This document shows, piece after piece, positions 1 through 12,276 of a DNA stretch of 64,000 bases. The stretch is from the NCBI GenBank assembly GCA_030390025.1, contig CM059432.1:67644001-67708000 (forward strand), in the 5' to 3' direction. The position numbers were made by a program, and so were the translations under genes. The notes under the pieces are model-generated. The model was given only the letters and a program-made list of their open reading frames with translations. It was not told the DNA's origin and did no database searches. The stretch comes from Squalus acanthias (Eukaryota). The number at the start of each line of letters is the position of its first letter. Within the stretch, counting starts at the first letter, position 1.

Positions 1-480
1 ACTGGGGAAGGGAGAGTAAGCAGATGATAGGGGGAGAAAGAAAGGAGAGGCGAGGGAGAGACAGGGAGGGGAAGAGGGAAAAGAGGGGGAGAGAGAGAGG
101 AATAGCAGGGAGAGGGGAAAGGAGATGAGGGGAACAGAGAGGGAGGAGAGAAGCGAAAGGAGAGGATGGAAAGGATGAGAATGGGGAAGGAGATTGGAAT
201 GGACTGAGAAGGGGAGTAGAGTGTAAGGATGGGGGAAAGGACCGGGGGAAGAGGAGGGGATTGAGAGTAGAGGAAAGGGGAGGAGCAGAGAAGGGGAGAG
301 GAAGGATGGGGAGGAGGACTGGGTGGAGGCCGTGGGGGAGTGGAGAGGACAGGAGAGGAGTGGATGGGGAGCAGAGAGGGGTAGGGAATAAATAAAGGAG
401 AGCATACAGGGAGGGAGGTGGGGAGAGGGTCAGGCCAATGCATGGGGTGAGGGAAGAGGAGAGAAGAGAGGGAAAGTGAT
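1..480. repeat. G/A-rich low-complexity polypurine tract
   Basis: Almost exclusively G and A, degenerate GGAGA/GGGA units. Confidence 0.9.
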
Positions 481-587
481 ATTTATGGTACCTTGCATAT
501 TGTTAATTGAACATTAGATGGCCCGCTGGAGGGAGTAAGCACATTGTAGCAATTACACTCCAAGATCTCTCTTGTATTGCTCTGGTT

Positions 588-735
588 ACATAGATACATA
601 GAAGATAGGAGCAGGAGTAGGCCATCCGGCCCTTCGAGCCTGCTCCGCCATTTAATGAGATCATGGCTGATCCTTCAATTCAGTATCCCGTCCCCGCCTT
701 CTCTCCGTAACCCTTAACCCCTATTCTTTGACGGA
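588..735 (-). mobile_element. CR1 LINE 3' end fragment
   Basis: catagatacatagaagataggagcaggagtaggcc... matches the CR1 tails at 12277, 35975 and 43433. Confidence 0.8.
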
Positions 736-1291
736 ATTTTCTAGAGGGTCTGAAAATAAAAGTAATTAGTTATTATCACATCACTACGAGTGGTTAGTTG
801 GACATAACAAAAATCACTTACAACATAATTGGTACAGAAGCAGGAGGCAGCAGCCATGTTAACACAAACTGTGTGCGGAGCCCACCAGTGATTCACATAA
901 GCAATTTATTTCTTTAAAATAGTTTAGATTCTTTGATTAGCTAAGTAGTGACAGCTAACTGACCAGACAGCCAAGGAAACTGGAATTTATCTTCAGTGAC
1001 CACTTATCAGTCAATAACAGTCACTACCCACTGCTTCAGCGATTAACACACACAAATTTGTACTTGTAACTTGTAACTGTTACTGCAATCCACCTTTCCA
1101 CCCTTCTGCTTCTGTGCCAGCCGCCTTGCAAATGATTCAATTTGGATCAAGCTTCTTTTGGGCCTAGTTCAAATAAGGAGATCCTAGTGATAAGTGGGAC
1201 CTAAACCATCCTTTTTGTTTCATTGATTTGGCCTCCATTTACCGCTACAAACAAGAATGAATAAGCCAGTAGTCAAATATTGCAGTTAAGG

Positions 1292-2963
1292 TGTAAGGGT
1301 TTTTGTGTGTGACAACGCCTGTGGCTCTGTGCTCAGCCTGGGTGCTAGTGCGAGGTTAGGCCTTGTTGCCTGTTTTGGTCTCCAGCCAGTCTGGGAGCAC
1401 TAGACACCTGTGAGTGGTTCGACCCACTCGCCCTTACGGTTCTGACACTGGACTTAGATGCGAGAGCAATAATGGAGAGAAAACTCAGGTAGACCCGGTT
1501 GAATGGTACGAAATGGAAAATCTTTATTGCATATTATTCAAGATTACGAAATACATGTCATAAGCACAGATTAATGACAGGACAATCTTACACGCAGTTA
1601 TGTAACTAATTTTAGGGAAACGAGGAACGAACGACACATCGTAAATGGGGGCACACATTACAGTTATCCTTAAAACTTAAACCCTCCCCTATCAATACCT
1701 GCTCTAAACTAGATTTGTAGGATCGAGACTCATGCTCACCACTCGTGATAACTCGGAGAATTCCGAAAACTCTGCTCGGATGTTTTTAGCGCAGCACCTG
1801 ATCACCCACGTGTTGATCAGGGGTCTCTGTGCCCCACTTGTTTACTCGTTTCTGCTCCGGCTAGCAGGCTGGACCGTCTGCTGTCATGAAGATCTGTGTT
1901 GTCCTCGGAGTTCCGATACGACTCAAAAAATAGTCTTCCTGTGCCCTCGCCCCGATGCGATAAAACTCGAAGAATGGTCTTCCGATGCCAGTTCTGTAAA
2001 ACTCAAAAGATAGTCTTCCTGGGCAAGGAAAGTGTCTATTCGACCTACAGGCGCGGTCGGGGCTTACTGACCGTGGCGATACGTATGGTCGTCTTCTTCT
2101 CTTCTCATCTCATCTCATCTCATCTCATCTCATCTCGGGCCTTCGGTTCCAACACCGTTTACCGACTTCTCGGGATGGTGTGCCCGTTTCAAGGCTTCAC
2201 AGCCCAGTTCCACACAGATCTTCGCGGCAAGCCACGAGGTTGATCCTGGCGGATCAGAAAGTTCAATAGTCTTCTAGCAAGTCGAGCAGCAAGGAGTCAA
2301 GAGACAGCGTCGCAGGCGAAGAGGCAAGAGACAGATGGACGGCTGCACCTTTACAGTTATAGTGCTGCAATTCCTCTTTTCCCCGCCCAATCTTAATGTC
2401 TTTTCTTTTGTTAGGGTTTTGGCGCTCAAACTTCTTGTATAGGGTGATCTCCGTTTAATGGGTTTCGGTGATACTCGTAACTGCCTGAGTACCTGTTAAT
2501 ACTTTTCCCATTGTGTAACCGGTCAGTATTCTCCCTGGAGGGGTTTTGGGGCTTCCAAATGTTTCTGTAACTACCCACAAACGGCTCTCTCATCGTAGAG
2601 TCGTGGGGATTTTGCATATTAATGTCTTTGGATGGGTTATTGATCGTTTGGTACAATAGCCCTTATTCGCACCTGGGAGACCGATTCCAGTATTTCTGTG
2701 TAAAATGCAAACCCATTATGTCTTGTGATTTATCTCAAATGTGCTGAGTCTTGTCCGATCTCGCACAAATGTTTATTGGAACGCCATCTTGTCTGCTTAT
2801 CGAAAAGTCTAGAACGTTCTGCCACGAGGCATGGCGGCCATTTTATAGGCTGCTTGTGTCCACTTTGAAAACCTGACAGCATTCTGCTGAAATAAAGCTG
2901 TTTGAACGAAACTATGTGTTTCCTCCTTATTTATAAAATCGCGATTATATTGCGAATTCTACA
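1292..2963 (-). mobile_element. Solo LTR, family 1 (ERV-like), 1.67 kb
   Basis: TGTA...TACA termini; 4-bp TSD AAGG (1288-1291, 2964-2967); highly similar copies at 33448-35108 and 62111-63777; minus-strand AATAAA at 1523-1528. Confidence 0.9.
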
Positions 2964-3889
2964 AAGGCCTCTAGCTACACGGCAAACTGTGAAATTTTAT
3001 TTTGTGGAATAATGTCAGTGCTCTACTATTCCATGATTCTATGGCCATGGGAAATGCTGCAAAATATCTTCCCCGTTATGGAATTTCTCAATGGCCCGGA
3101 ATTTGGAGTCAGCAGCGAAGCAAAGGTGTTTCCTGAACAGTTTTCCTCATTGTTATTACATTGGAGCCAATAACTGGTGCACAATATCAATACTTGAACC
3201 CGAATGCTGTCAAATGTCACCAATCTTTCAATCCCTATTGATTTGGTAGTTTATTAATACCCAAGCATTTCACACCTTGCACACTCTACCTATAGATGGC
3301 GTGTACATTGTGTAAAATAGGTGAGAAAATGCTGGAAACACACAGCAGGCCAGGCAGTATCAATGGAGAGAACAGAAGTTGATATTTTGGGTATAAACCC
3401 TTCCTTAGAACTGGAAGATATTACAGATGAACAGCATTTAAAAAAGGAACAGACCATAGGGAAAGGAGATAAGAAAGAAAAAAAGCACAGTGACCACATA
3501 CAGGAAAATAAATAGAATGAGCTGTAAAGTGCTTAGGTGGCGAACAAGAGATGGTTAAATGGCAGAAGTGATATCCGCATAACACAAAAGAAGGCATAAT
3601 GAGTGAAATCAAAGACATATACAAAATGCAGTGGGGTAGATTTCCTCCGAGTGGTGTTTGGGTGACCGGCCAGTGGAGGGTGGCAACTACTGTCCGATAA
3701 TCCAGATTGGATGCCTGTCTATTTTAAAGGGCTTGCTTGATTAACATATGGCCAGCGGGCTCTGGGCAGAAAACAAGCTCCCTGGGGAATCCCACCGGCT
3801 TTGGACGGCTGCAATATCGGGTAGCCCACTTGATCTCCAGGCCCCCCCCCTCCCAAGTTGATCGTTCAGGAATTTACTGTATTTATTAT

Positions 3890-4325
3890 CAGTTTAGCCC
3901 AGTAGTAGCACTCTCAGCTCTGAATCACAATGTCATGGATTGAAGTCCCACTGTAGGGACTTGAGCACATCATCTAGGCTGAAACTTCAGTGCAGTACTG
4001 AGGAAGTGCTGGACGGTCATAGGTGCTATCTTTTGGATGAGGCATTAAATAGGGGCCCCATCTGTCTGTTTAGATGGAGGTAAAAGATCCCATGGCACTA
4101 TTCAAAGAAAAGCAGGGGAGTTCTCCCAGTATCCTTGCTAATAGTTATCCCTCAATCAATGCCTCAACAAGCAGATTAGCTGGTCATTTATCTCACTGCT
4201 ATTTGTGGGGACCTAGCTGTGTGAATGCTGGCTGCTACATTTATCTACAAAACAACAGTGAAGTGCTTTCAGCTGTGCTGAGGATGTGAAAGGTGCTATG
4301 TAAATGTACGTACTTTTCTTTCTTC
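3890..4325 (+). mobile_element. DeuSINE (AmnSINE1/SacSINE1-like), degenerate
   Basis: tRNA-like head, then Deu-domain-like gtaaaagatcccatggcactattcaaagaaaagcaggggagttctccc, then L2-type tail (gaggatgtgaaaggtgctatgtaaatg). Confidence 0.75.
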
Positions 4326-4786
4326 ATATCTTACACATTAACCCACTCCTTATAATGCAATTTTAACCCTCTTTCTTTAAGAAACAATATAAAGCTTATT
4401 GTAAGGTATGGAACTGTTTAGCCTACTAGTGTAGAAGGTGCCACTTGTGATACTGAGAATGAAGCCTCATCACAGATTTGTATAGGGAGATCCTGATTGA
4501 AACTAAGCACTCCATATTTCACATACTCATAAACTCAAACTCTAATTGTGTTTAACCACACTAATTTGAAAGCCAGCACCTGGGCTGTTGTACCCATCCT
4601 CTGCCTGTCTAGGAGGGTTGTAACAATAATCTTCTTTTCTATATCATTAACCTCAATCTACTCTACTACATCAGCTGAGATTTCCCGAGGAAGGCTAAAG
4701 TTATGAGGAGGAGGATCCCGAGGCGTCTCAGGCCAATGAGTATCTCCACCCAAACGGGGGTGGGATCAGACAGAATGGCTCCACGT

Positions 4787-6210
4787 CGTAGGGGGTGGTG
4801 GTGTGTGGGTCAGCGTCACCTCTGACTTCTGAGCGGTTCGAATCGCTCCCACTCCCTTGGTTCTAGACCTTGGACTTATTTGGGGGTTGTGACAAAAGTG
4901 CAGCAGACAACTGGTTTTGTTGCAAGAACTTTGATCTTTATTCAAAAGAGAAAATACAACACAACAATCTTAACACTCTAATAAAATGGGGAACACTTCG
5001 ATACACATGAGGGAAATTACATTAGAAAAATACCTCACCCCTCCCAATCCCACTTTACTCGCTAAGTTGGGCTCTAGAGGACCAGGGATAATGCTCACCA
5101 AAATGACTCCTTGACAGTTGAGCTGGTTTGCGGTTTCGGGGTTTGCTGGATGTGTTGGTTGGTGCCTGCCGTACCCCGGACGCGGTAGAGGACTTCAACT
5201 GCATATCTGGTCAGTCTTCGCGAGTCCGCTGATGCGGTAGGGTGCGTATTGGATTTATCGGGTGAGTACCCACTTTTCTTCGGTTAGAGTTAGGGTTTAG
5301 AGTCTTTTGAGTAAAAATCTTACCCAGGGGTAAGTCAGGAATAGATTGCAGAGTGGAAAACTTGCGAGTCTTCGGTTTTCTCCCGAGTTGGTTTTCTTTG
5401 GTTGCGGTGGCCCAATATTACCCCGTTGGTTGGTGGTAATATTCGGTTGGTTGTTTCGTAAGGCCCTTGTTGCCGCGAGGTGTCTGATGGTCACTGGAAC
5501 TGTTGCTCTGGTCTCTTCTTGTGTGTTCACCTGCTTCTAGAACTGTGAACTTCTTCGAACTCGATGAACTTCTGATTGTTGTAACTGCTCAACTCTCCTT
5601 CTTGAGAAAAGCAGGCCTCCAATTGTACTAATTGGGGCCTCCTAATCTGCGCGCCAAATCAGTCCCGGTTTATTGTAAGATTTTGGCGGGCTCGTTAATA
5701 GTAACTTGTTTATGAATGTGTGAAGTGGTTTCGGGATGGTTCCATGAGCTGTTGAGCTCTTTCTTGATTGTAGTCATTGTGCTCAGGTTTCGAGTTTCCT
5801 GACTGGGCCTGAGATTTCTATGGAGTGGGGCTAGGTGATTTGTTTTATGCATGTTTTGGATGGGTCTTGTAATTTGGGTGGGGACTGCTCTTCTGTGGGT
5901 CTATTGTTGGAATGTAAATTGTCTGATGGGGCTGAGTGATGTCAAACAGTTCCCCAGACAGTTTGATTAACTCCAATACTCAAACCGTCTATTACAGAGG
6001 TTGAACCCAACTCCTGTTGCAGCCTTTTCCTTTACAAGCCCAAACATGCCTTTTTTTTAAATACCAAATCTTGGTTTTTGACCTTGAATCTCCCTCTGTT
6101 AGGCCCAATACATTTTATCACCCTGAAGTGGTTAGAAAAGAGTCCAAAGTCCTTTTCTTTAAGATTTTTCTCAGAGTCTTGGGGGATCTATGAATTTTGA
6201 GAATCTTACA
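4787..6210 (-). mobile_element. Solo LTR, family 2 copy A
   Basis: Homologous to 16410-18072 at both ends; (C)GTAGGGGG...CTTACA termini; minus-strand AATAAA at 4937-4942; TSD degenerate. Confidence 0.8.
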
Positions 6211-6454
6211 CGTGCTTGAGTCTCCTTGATACACCTAATCGAGTCAGGGCCAAGCGTGGATATCAGCTCCTGTTTGGCATTAGCGACAGAGCGGCCATAG
6301 CACCAGGACATCCCTCCATCTCTAAATGGATTATCTCAGTATTTTGATATGTTCAGTGATAGCATCTCTATATAGTGCATTGACAGAGACTGAGGAGCAG
6401 GGCTCCAGCATGCCTGAAATCTGCATAGAGCTGTGTTGTTTTTTAAAGAATGAG

Positions 6455-7850
6455 ACATATAACAACATAGAATCATACAGCACAGAAGGAGGCCTTTGGC
6501 CCATCATGCCTGTGCCGGCTCTTTGAAAGAGCTGTCCAATTTAGTCCCACGCACCAGCTTTTCGCTCGTAACCCTGCAAAGTAGCCCCTTCAACTACATG
6601 CCCAATTGTCTTTTGAAATTTCCTATGGAAACTACTTCCACCACCCTTTCAGGTAGTGCATTCCAGGTCTTAACAACTCTCTGCATGAAAAAAATTCTCC
6701 TCATTTCCCCTCTACTTCTTTTTCCAATTATTTAAAATCTATGACCTCTGGTTACCGACCCACTTGCCAGAGGAAACAGTTTCTCCCTACTTGCATTATC
6801 AAAACCCCATATAATTTTGTACAATTCTATTAGGTCTCACCTTAACCTTCTCTGCTCTAAGAAGAGCAATCCCAGCTTCTTCAATCTCTCCACATAACTG
6901 GAGTCCCTCTTCCTGGTATCATCCTGGTAAACCTCCTCTTTATCCTCTCCAAGCCTTGACATCCTTGTAAAATGTTGTGCCCAGAATTCTCACTATTTAG
7001 GGGTCTATATTAAACACCCAGCAATGTAACAGCTCCTTTACTGTTTCTTAACTCTAACCAAATAGATTCAGTCTTTGAACCCTCTAATATATTGGCCCTT
7101 GGTAATATTATCCTTGATCAATACTGCCACCACTCCCCCTTTCTTTTTTCCTTCTCTATCCCTCCTGAATACATTGTAGCTAGGAATTTTTAGTTCCCAT
7201 TCCTGCCCATGTTTAAGCCAGGTCTCCATTATAGCCATTCTATTATAACCCCATGTGGCAACTTGTGCCTGCAGCTCATCAACCTTATTTGTAACATGCC
7301 TTGCATTAAAACACATGCATTCCAAAACCATGTTAGTCTGCTTTTCCTTTTACCTCCATTGAATTCCTGTTATTTCTACACTATTCTTTATTCTGTTGAT
7401 GTTCATCCCTCCTAGTTTTCAATGCAACTTGTCTCTGTTGCTATGTCCTGGTTCCCCTCCCCCTGCCAAATTAGTTTGAACCCTCCCCACAGCACGAGTC
7501 AACCTCAACCTCCCGCAAGGACATTGGTCCCAGCCCTGTTCAGGTGCGACCCGTCGGGCTTGTATAGCTCCCTCCCGTCCCAGAACTGGTCCCAATGCCT
7601 CAGGAATCTGAAGTCCTCCCTCCTGAACCACTTCTCCAGCCACACATTCACCTGCAATATCTTTCTGTTTCTGTACTCACTAGCATGTGGCACTGAGAGT
7701 AATCCAGAGATTACCACCTTTGAGGTCCTGCTCTTTAATCTTTTTCCTAGCTCCTGAAACTCTGCCTGTAGGATCTCAACCCTTTAACTACCTATGTCAT
7801 TGGTTCCAACATGGATCACGACTTCTGATTGTACCCCTTCTCCTGCACCC
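6455..7850 (-). mobile_element. CR1 LINE, internally deleted (ORF1 esterase, endonuclease start and RT 3' end)
   Basis: ORFs 7505-7717 (VISGLLSVPHA...DGSHLN, SGNH esterase-like) and 7068-7331 (MAIMETWL...RRDR, APE start); CR1 tail near 6460. Confidence 0.85.
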
Positions 7851-8118
7851 ATTCAGTGATATGCTAAGTTTTAACTAAAATAAGCCAATCTTTCTTAAAA
7901 TGACGCAGACATGAAAGGTTTGTATATGCATTGTGCATATATGCACTGAGAAGTTGAATTAAGTTCAATGGGGGAAAAAACATAATTGCTTACATAATAT
8001 TCATTAGGTGATCGACATTTACCTGATTTCCTCATATAATGAGATTCATACATCATAAATCTCTTTTTGATTGAGGTATTTAGAAGAATTATTCCAAGCA
8101 CTAATCCACACAGCATTT

Positions 8119-8196
8119 CTAATTTTCTGCTCCAACACTGTGCGTATCAGAAGCCAGTGAATGCGTGTCCTCAGGAGAAAAAAGGATTTGTCTATT
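8119..8196 (-). CDS. Candidate terminal coding exon of an unidentified host gene (NRQILFSPEDTHSLASDTHSVGAEN*)
   Basis: Acceptor ttttacag at 8197; phase 0 fits the candidate exon 14995-15140; no repeat recognised here. Confidence 0.3.
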   Translation of the reverse strand, partial: NRQILFSPEDTHSLASDTHSVGAEN

Positions 8197-9209
8197 CTGT
8201 AAAATGATCCATTATCACTGGCATGTACTAGTGCTTTCTTATATTCAGGATTGGATCTGTCAAGTCAACCACTATAAACACTAATAGCTCCTCTGGTATG
8301 TTTAACTACACTACACATCTCTGCCTTTCTGTAAGTTTCCTCCTATAGTTTCTATAGTTTGGGCAAAGCAATCAAAATGGCAATGAGGCCATTTGGACTT
8401 TGTAGCTAATTTCTAGGTCTGACTTGTTTGCACTTTTACAATAGTTGTATTAGCATGTATTTAATACTGAAGCTTCAATATTCATCATAGCTGTCTTTAA
8501 ACTATTTGTAACTTTGTAAAAACCCATTTGTGTGGTTCACTTACTATTGTTTTCCATTTTAAGAAACTCATTTGGCCTCAGCTTTTCTCCCAAATGCTCA
8601 CCTGCATCAAACTGACAGAGTTAGATTAAGATAATGTATCACACTCCTTGCTGTTTGCCCAAATGAAATCCCAAAGCACCAGGAGAGTGGTGGTGAGACT
8701 AAAGTGAAGAGAGTACCAGTCTGCATATCTTCTGGAGATGCTCATCTCTCCAACTGGTGTTTGCTAAAGGAAATTGAAAAAAAAGAATACTCAACACATT
8801 GCTTCCTGGGACACCAGCTGAGATTTTCCTCCAGCCTAGGTCACTTGCTTTCCATTTGCCTGACTGACCCGCCACTGATCCCAGAAAATTTCCTGGGGTC
8901 AGTCTAATTCAAATCTTTGGAGTGAGCTCCCAGCAGGATTCCTACCTGCGTTTGGGAGCTCACCACTGTGTGCTGGGTGACCAGGGGACGGGGAAATGGC
9001 CAGTGCTACAGGTGTGGTGAAATAGCAAAATCTACCAATGTAGATTTGCCTCTCCACTTGCTGCCAACTTTCACTTATCCTGCCCTTTATTTAATGATTT
9101 GGAGCCATTCTGCCACTCAGAGCAGCCCTAGATGCCTGCTGTATACAGGAATTCTTATGTCCAGCATTGCTAAGAGCATTTATAATGGAAACTATGATAT
9201 ATTGACGGG

Positions 9210-9388
9210 TGGGGAGTAATTTTAACACAACCAACCTGATGGGATCGGATCAGCCACCTATTTTATCCCCTCGGCCAATTTTACTTTCCATGAAATTCAG
9301 TGGAAAGTAAAATTGGGCCAGTTGTTTAACGTGTGGATGATCCGATTCTGTCAGTTTCCCCAAGGGTGGGTGAAGTAAAAATTACCGT
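9210..9388. mobile_element. Small palindromic MITE-like element
   Basis: Inverted ends gtaattttaac/gtaaaaattac and central palindrome ttttactttcca...tggaaagtaaaa. Confidence 0.6.
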
Positions 9389-9399
9389 CATGATGTCAT

Positions 9400-9530
9400 G
9401 AGTTCTGACAAAGGGTTCAACCCGAAACATTGACTCTGTTTCTCTCTCCTCGATGCTGCCTGACCTGCTGAGTGTTTCCAGCTGTTTCTGTTGTTATTTC
9501 AGATTTCCAGCATCCAGAGCATTTTGCTAT
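9400..9530 (+). mobile_element. Short Penelope-type tail with degenerate hammerhead core
   Basis: CTGACAA-AGGGT-TCA-ACCC-GAAA-CAT at 9405-9430, then gatgctgcctgacctgctgag...; related relics near 3330-3420 (-), 18488-18520 and 22040-22130. Confidence 0.6.
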
Positions 9531-9624
9531 TGCATTCATGATGTCACTCTGTCTTTGCCACTTAATTTGAATACACCCACCGATGTTTGGGCCGCCATCA
9601 CTTCCAGCAGAAAATGCGATGTTA

Positions 9625-9900
9625 AAGCAGCAACAACAGGTATTTATATAGCGCCTTTAACTTAGTAAAAGCTTGGTCAAAGAGGTAGGTTTTAGGGTGC
9701 GTCTTAAAGGAGGAAAGAGCGGTAGAGAGGCGGAGAGGTTTAGGGAGAGAATTGCAGAGCTTAGGGCCTCGGCAGCTGAAAGCACGGCCGCCAATGGTGG
9801 AGCGATTAAAATCGGGGATGCTCAAGAGGCCAGAATTGGAGGAGCACAGATATCTCGGATGGTTGTAGGGCTGGAGGGGATTACAGAGATTGGGAGGTGT
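9625..9900 (-). mobile_element. L2 LINE 3' fragment
   Basis: ORF 9622-9924 ...IGGRAFSCRGPKLCNSLP...FKTHPKTYLF, typical L2 ORF2 C-terminus. Confidence 0.8.
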
Positions 9901-10339
9901 AAAGATGAGGAAAATTAACTTCAATAAACCCCAATACAGCCATATGCTTTGGCTTTCTTCTTACTACAGCCAGTATTATATCCCACTGATATAGTGGCAA
10001 GCAGAACATCCTTTCTGCACTCAAACAATGTGGGTGTAGAAAATGGCCCAATCAGAAAAAAGATATGTATTCACCAACGATCAACCAGGAGAAGTTTTTC
10101 AGGATTTGGATTCCATCCCTGGTTTATTGTCAACAATAGATAACCTTACAGGCAAACTCCCAGTTTAAATATAGATACTAAGGTGGAAAGATATATGGCA
10201 AAATATTCAGTCAAAGGAGAGTTACAAAAATATGACAAAAAAAAGGCTCAACAGTTAGAACAAGAATGCCCTAAATCACTTTCCCTGTAAAGGAAACACA
10301 TCAAGCAGTAGCTCCAGCTACCAGAGTAATCTTTCTGGA

Positions 10340-11777
10340 CAACAGCTAGAAGGCCTCACAGCTGGCAATCATGCTGCAGACCTCTCAGCTGGATTTCTGG
10401 CTCCTCACCCGATATTCTGAGCAAAGGCCCCTGGCGGATGGTGGATCTGCACTGGGGGTCTTCCAGTGTCACCTCATTAGAAGAACTTTTTCACCATTGA
10501 CAGATCGCTTCTGTCATCTGTACTTCAACTGCCATCTATTCCATCAACATGGGTGCCATGTATACTGTCTCACCTTGGTCCTCAGAATTGGACCACGATG
10601 AGCCCCAACACCAGCAGCACCAAGCACACCAGCAGCACTAACAACTACACCAACCTTCTCCGCAATCACCTGATGCTGCACAGGACATTAACACCTGAGC
10701 ACACTGCTGCCCGAGAGGCCAGGGATGGCCTCATCATGGCCAGATTTAGTTAACTTTACGTTGTACACCCATATGGCTGCCACATGATGCGCCAGGTTGG
10801 CACCACCTCACACCAACACCATAAAGCATCCCTGCAATGCCCAAGCCATTCCTTTCACACTCATCAGCATTGCGGGGATACCGTTATGTCTCACCATTCA
10901 CTGCAACCCACTAAGCCACTTCCAAAGGTGCACACAAATCTGTCCAAGACTGGAAAGTGTTGAAAATAAAGATTTTTATGTTTGACACCACATTAACAGA
11001 AACTTTACATAAACATTGCATACAAAACACCCAAGTGGCAGTTGGTATGATTGCACTAGGATGAAGGTGAGTGTGAGGGGTGGCTAGTGAGATGGGGAAG
11101 TGATGATGTAGATAGAGAGGGATGGGTGGAGGTGCAAGGTAAGTTGGTGTGAGTAAGGATGTGCAGGAGTAGGGTAGCGAAGGCAGAGTGATGGTGATGT
11201 GATGAGAGGCACAGCAGGATGAGGTTGAGTGTGGCTTTGTACTAACGTTTCCTGATCTAATGAGATCATTGAAACGTTTGTGGCACTGCACCCAGGTCCT
11301 CCTGACCACATCCCTGCTTGTGACCTCCTCTGCAATCTGCAACCAGGCTGTCTTGGTCTCCTGGGGAGGTCTCTTCCACCCATCAGAAGGGAAGAGGACC
11401 TCCCAGCGTGCTCTGACTCCCTCCATAGCATATGGAGGGAGTCATCAGAGAACCAGGGTGCAGCCCTCTGCCTCTGTGCAGTGATTGTCAGTGTTTGTAG
11501 CACTCCAATGCTGTAGTGCACTGACAGCACTATGTTAGATGAAACTTCAAATCCAATGTGGCCCTGGTCCCTTTAAAGATCCCGGCTGAAAACACGTCAT
11601 GAGTGATGTCACCAGACCCGCTCCATCTCATTGGGCTGGGTAACGCGCTGGGCGGGCTTAATAGGCCCCATTAAGGTAAGTTCATTTTCAACAGCGGGAT
11701 GGAGCCAGCAGCGGGGTCGCGACCCAACAAGGCCACCACCCGCACCAGACCCGCCCAGGTAAAGAAAATTCCGGCCC
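10340..11777 (-). mobile_element. PIF/Harbinger relic with Myb/SANT-like gene
   Basis: ORF 10911-11426 (WLQIAEEVTSRDVVRRTWVQCHKRFNDL); TIR-like end aaaattccggccc at 11777. Confidence 0.75.
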
Positions 11778-12276
11778 TTCAGTCTGATTGGTTAAGGAGA
11801 TAGACAGTTGCTTGCTTGTTCACTCATGTCTCAGATGCCCGGTTTTTCTCACTGCACCGTTATCAGCTCATACTTTTAGCAACTTGCCACACAAAAAATG
11901 TAAAAACCTGAACCTGAAAGGACAAACCTAACTAACGGCAGACACCATTACATTCACTCCTACAGCAAATTATGGCTCTATGCATGTCTTTATGTTGGCA
12001 CTGCTGACAGTAGGTAGCATCTCCTCTAATGAGACAACTGAAAGTATAAATGTACTTAAAGCTGATTAATAAGTTGCTATTTCTCCAGGTTTACTCTCAC
12101 TTGATGGGATGTTGGTGTGTCTGTTGCCTCCACTAACAACACAAAAGGGTAATTATAACCATCTGAGAAAACATTGGATGTGAATACATGGTCATCACAG
12201 AGTAAGATGCCTAAATGTATTAAATAGGGCATGTCACACACAATATTTGTAAATCAGTATTACTGTGATTCAATTA

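Noticed and set aside
1920..2020. Three spaced repeats aaaactc.aaga.t.gtcttcc resembling a CRISPR array
   Set aside because: Degenerate tandem duplication inside a eukaryotic LTR; unit number varies between copies; no cas genes.
1732..2656. Short ORFs recurring in all family 1 LTR copies (e.g. SSHLISSHLISS)
   Set aside because: Recurrence reflects LTR copy identity. Frames break differently between copies, and SHLIS comes from the (TCTCA)n microsatellite.
9949..10290. Coding-looking sequence on the + strand after an acceptor-like tract
   Set aside because: Frames are interrupted and no homology is recognisable.
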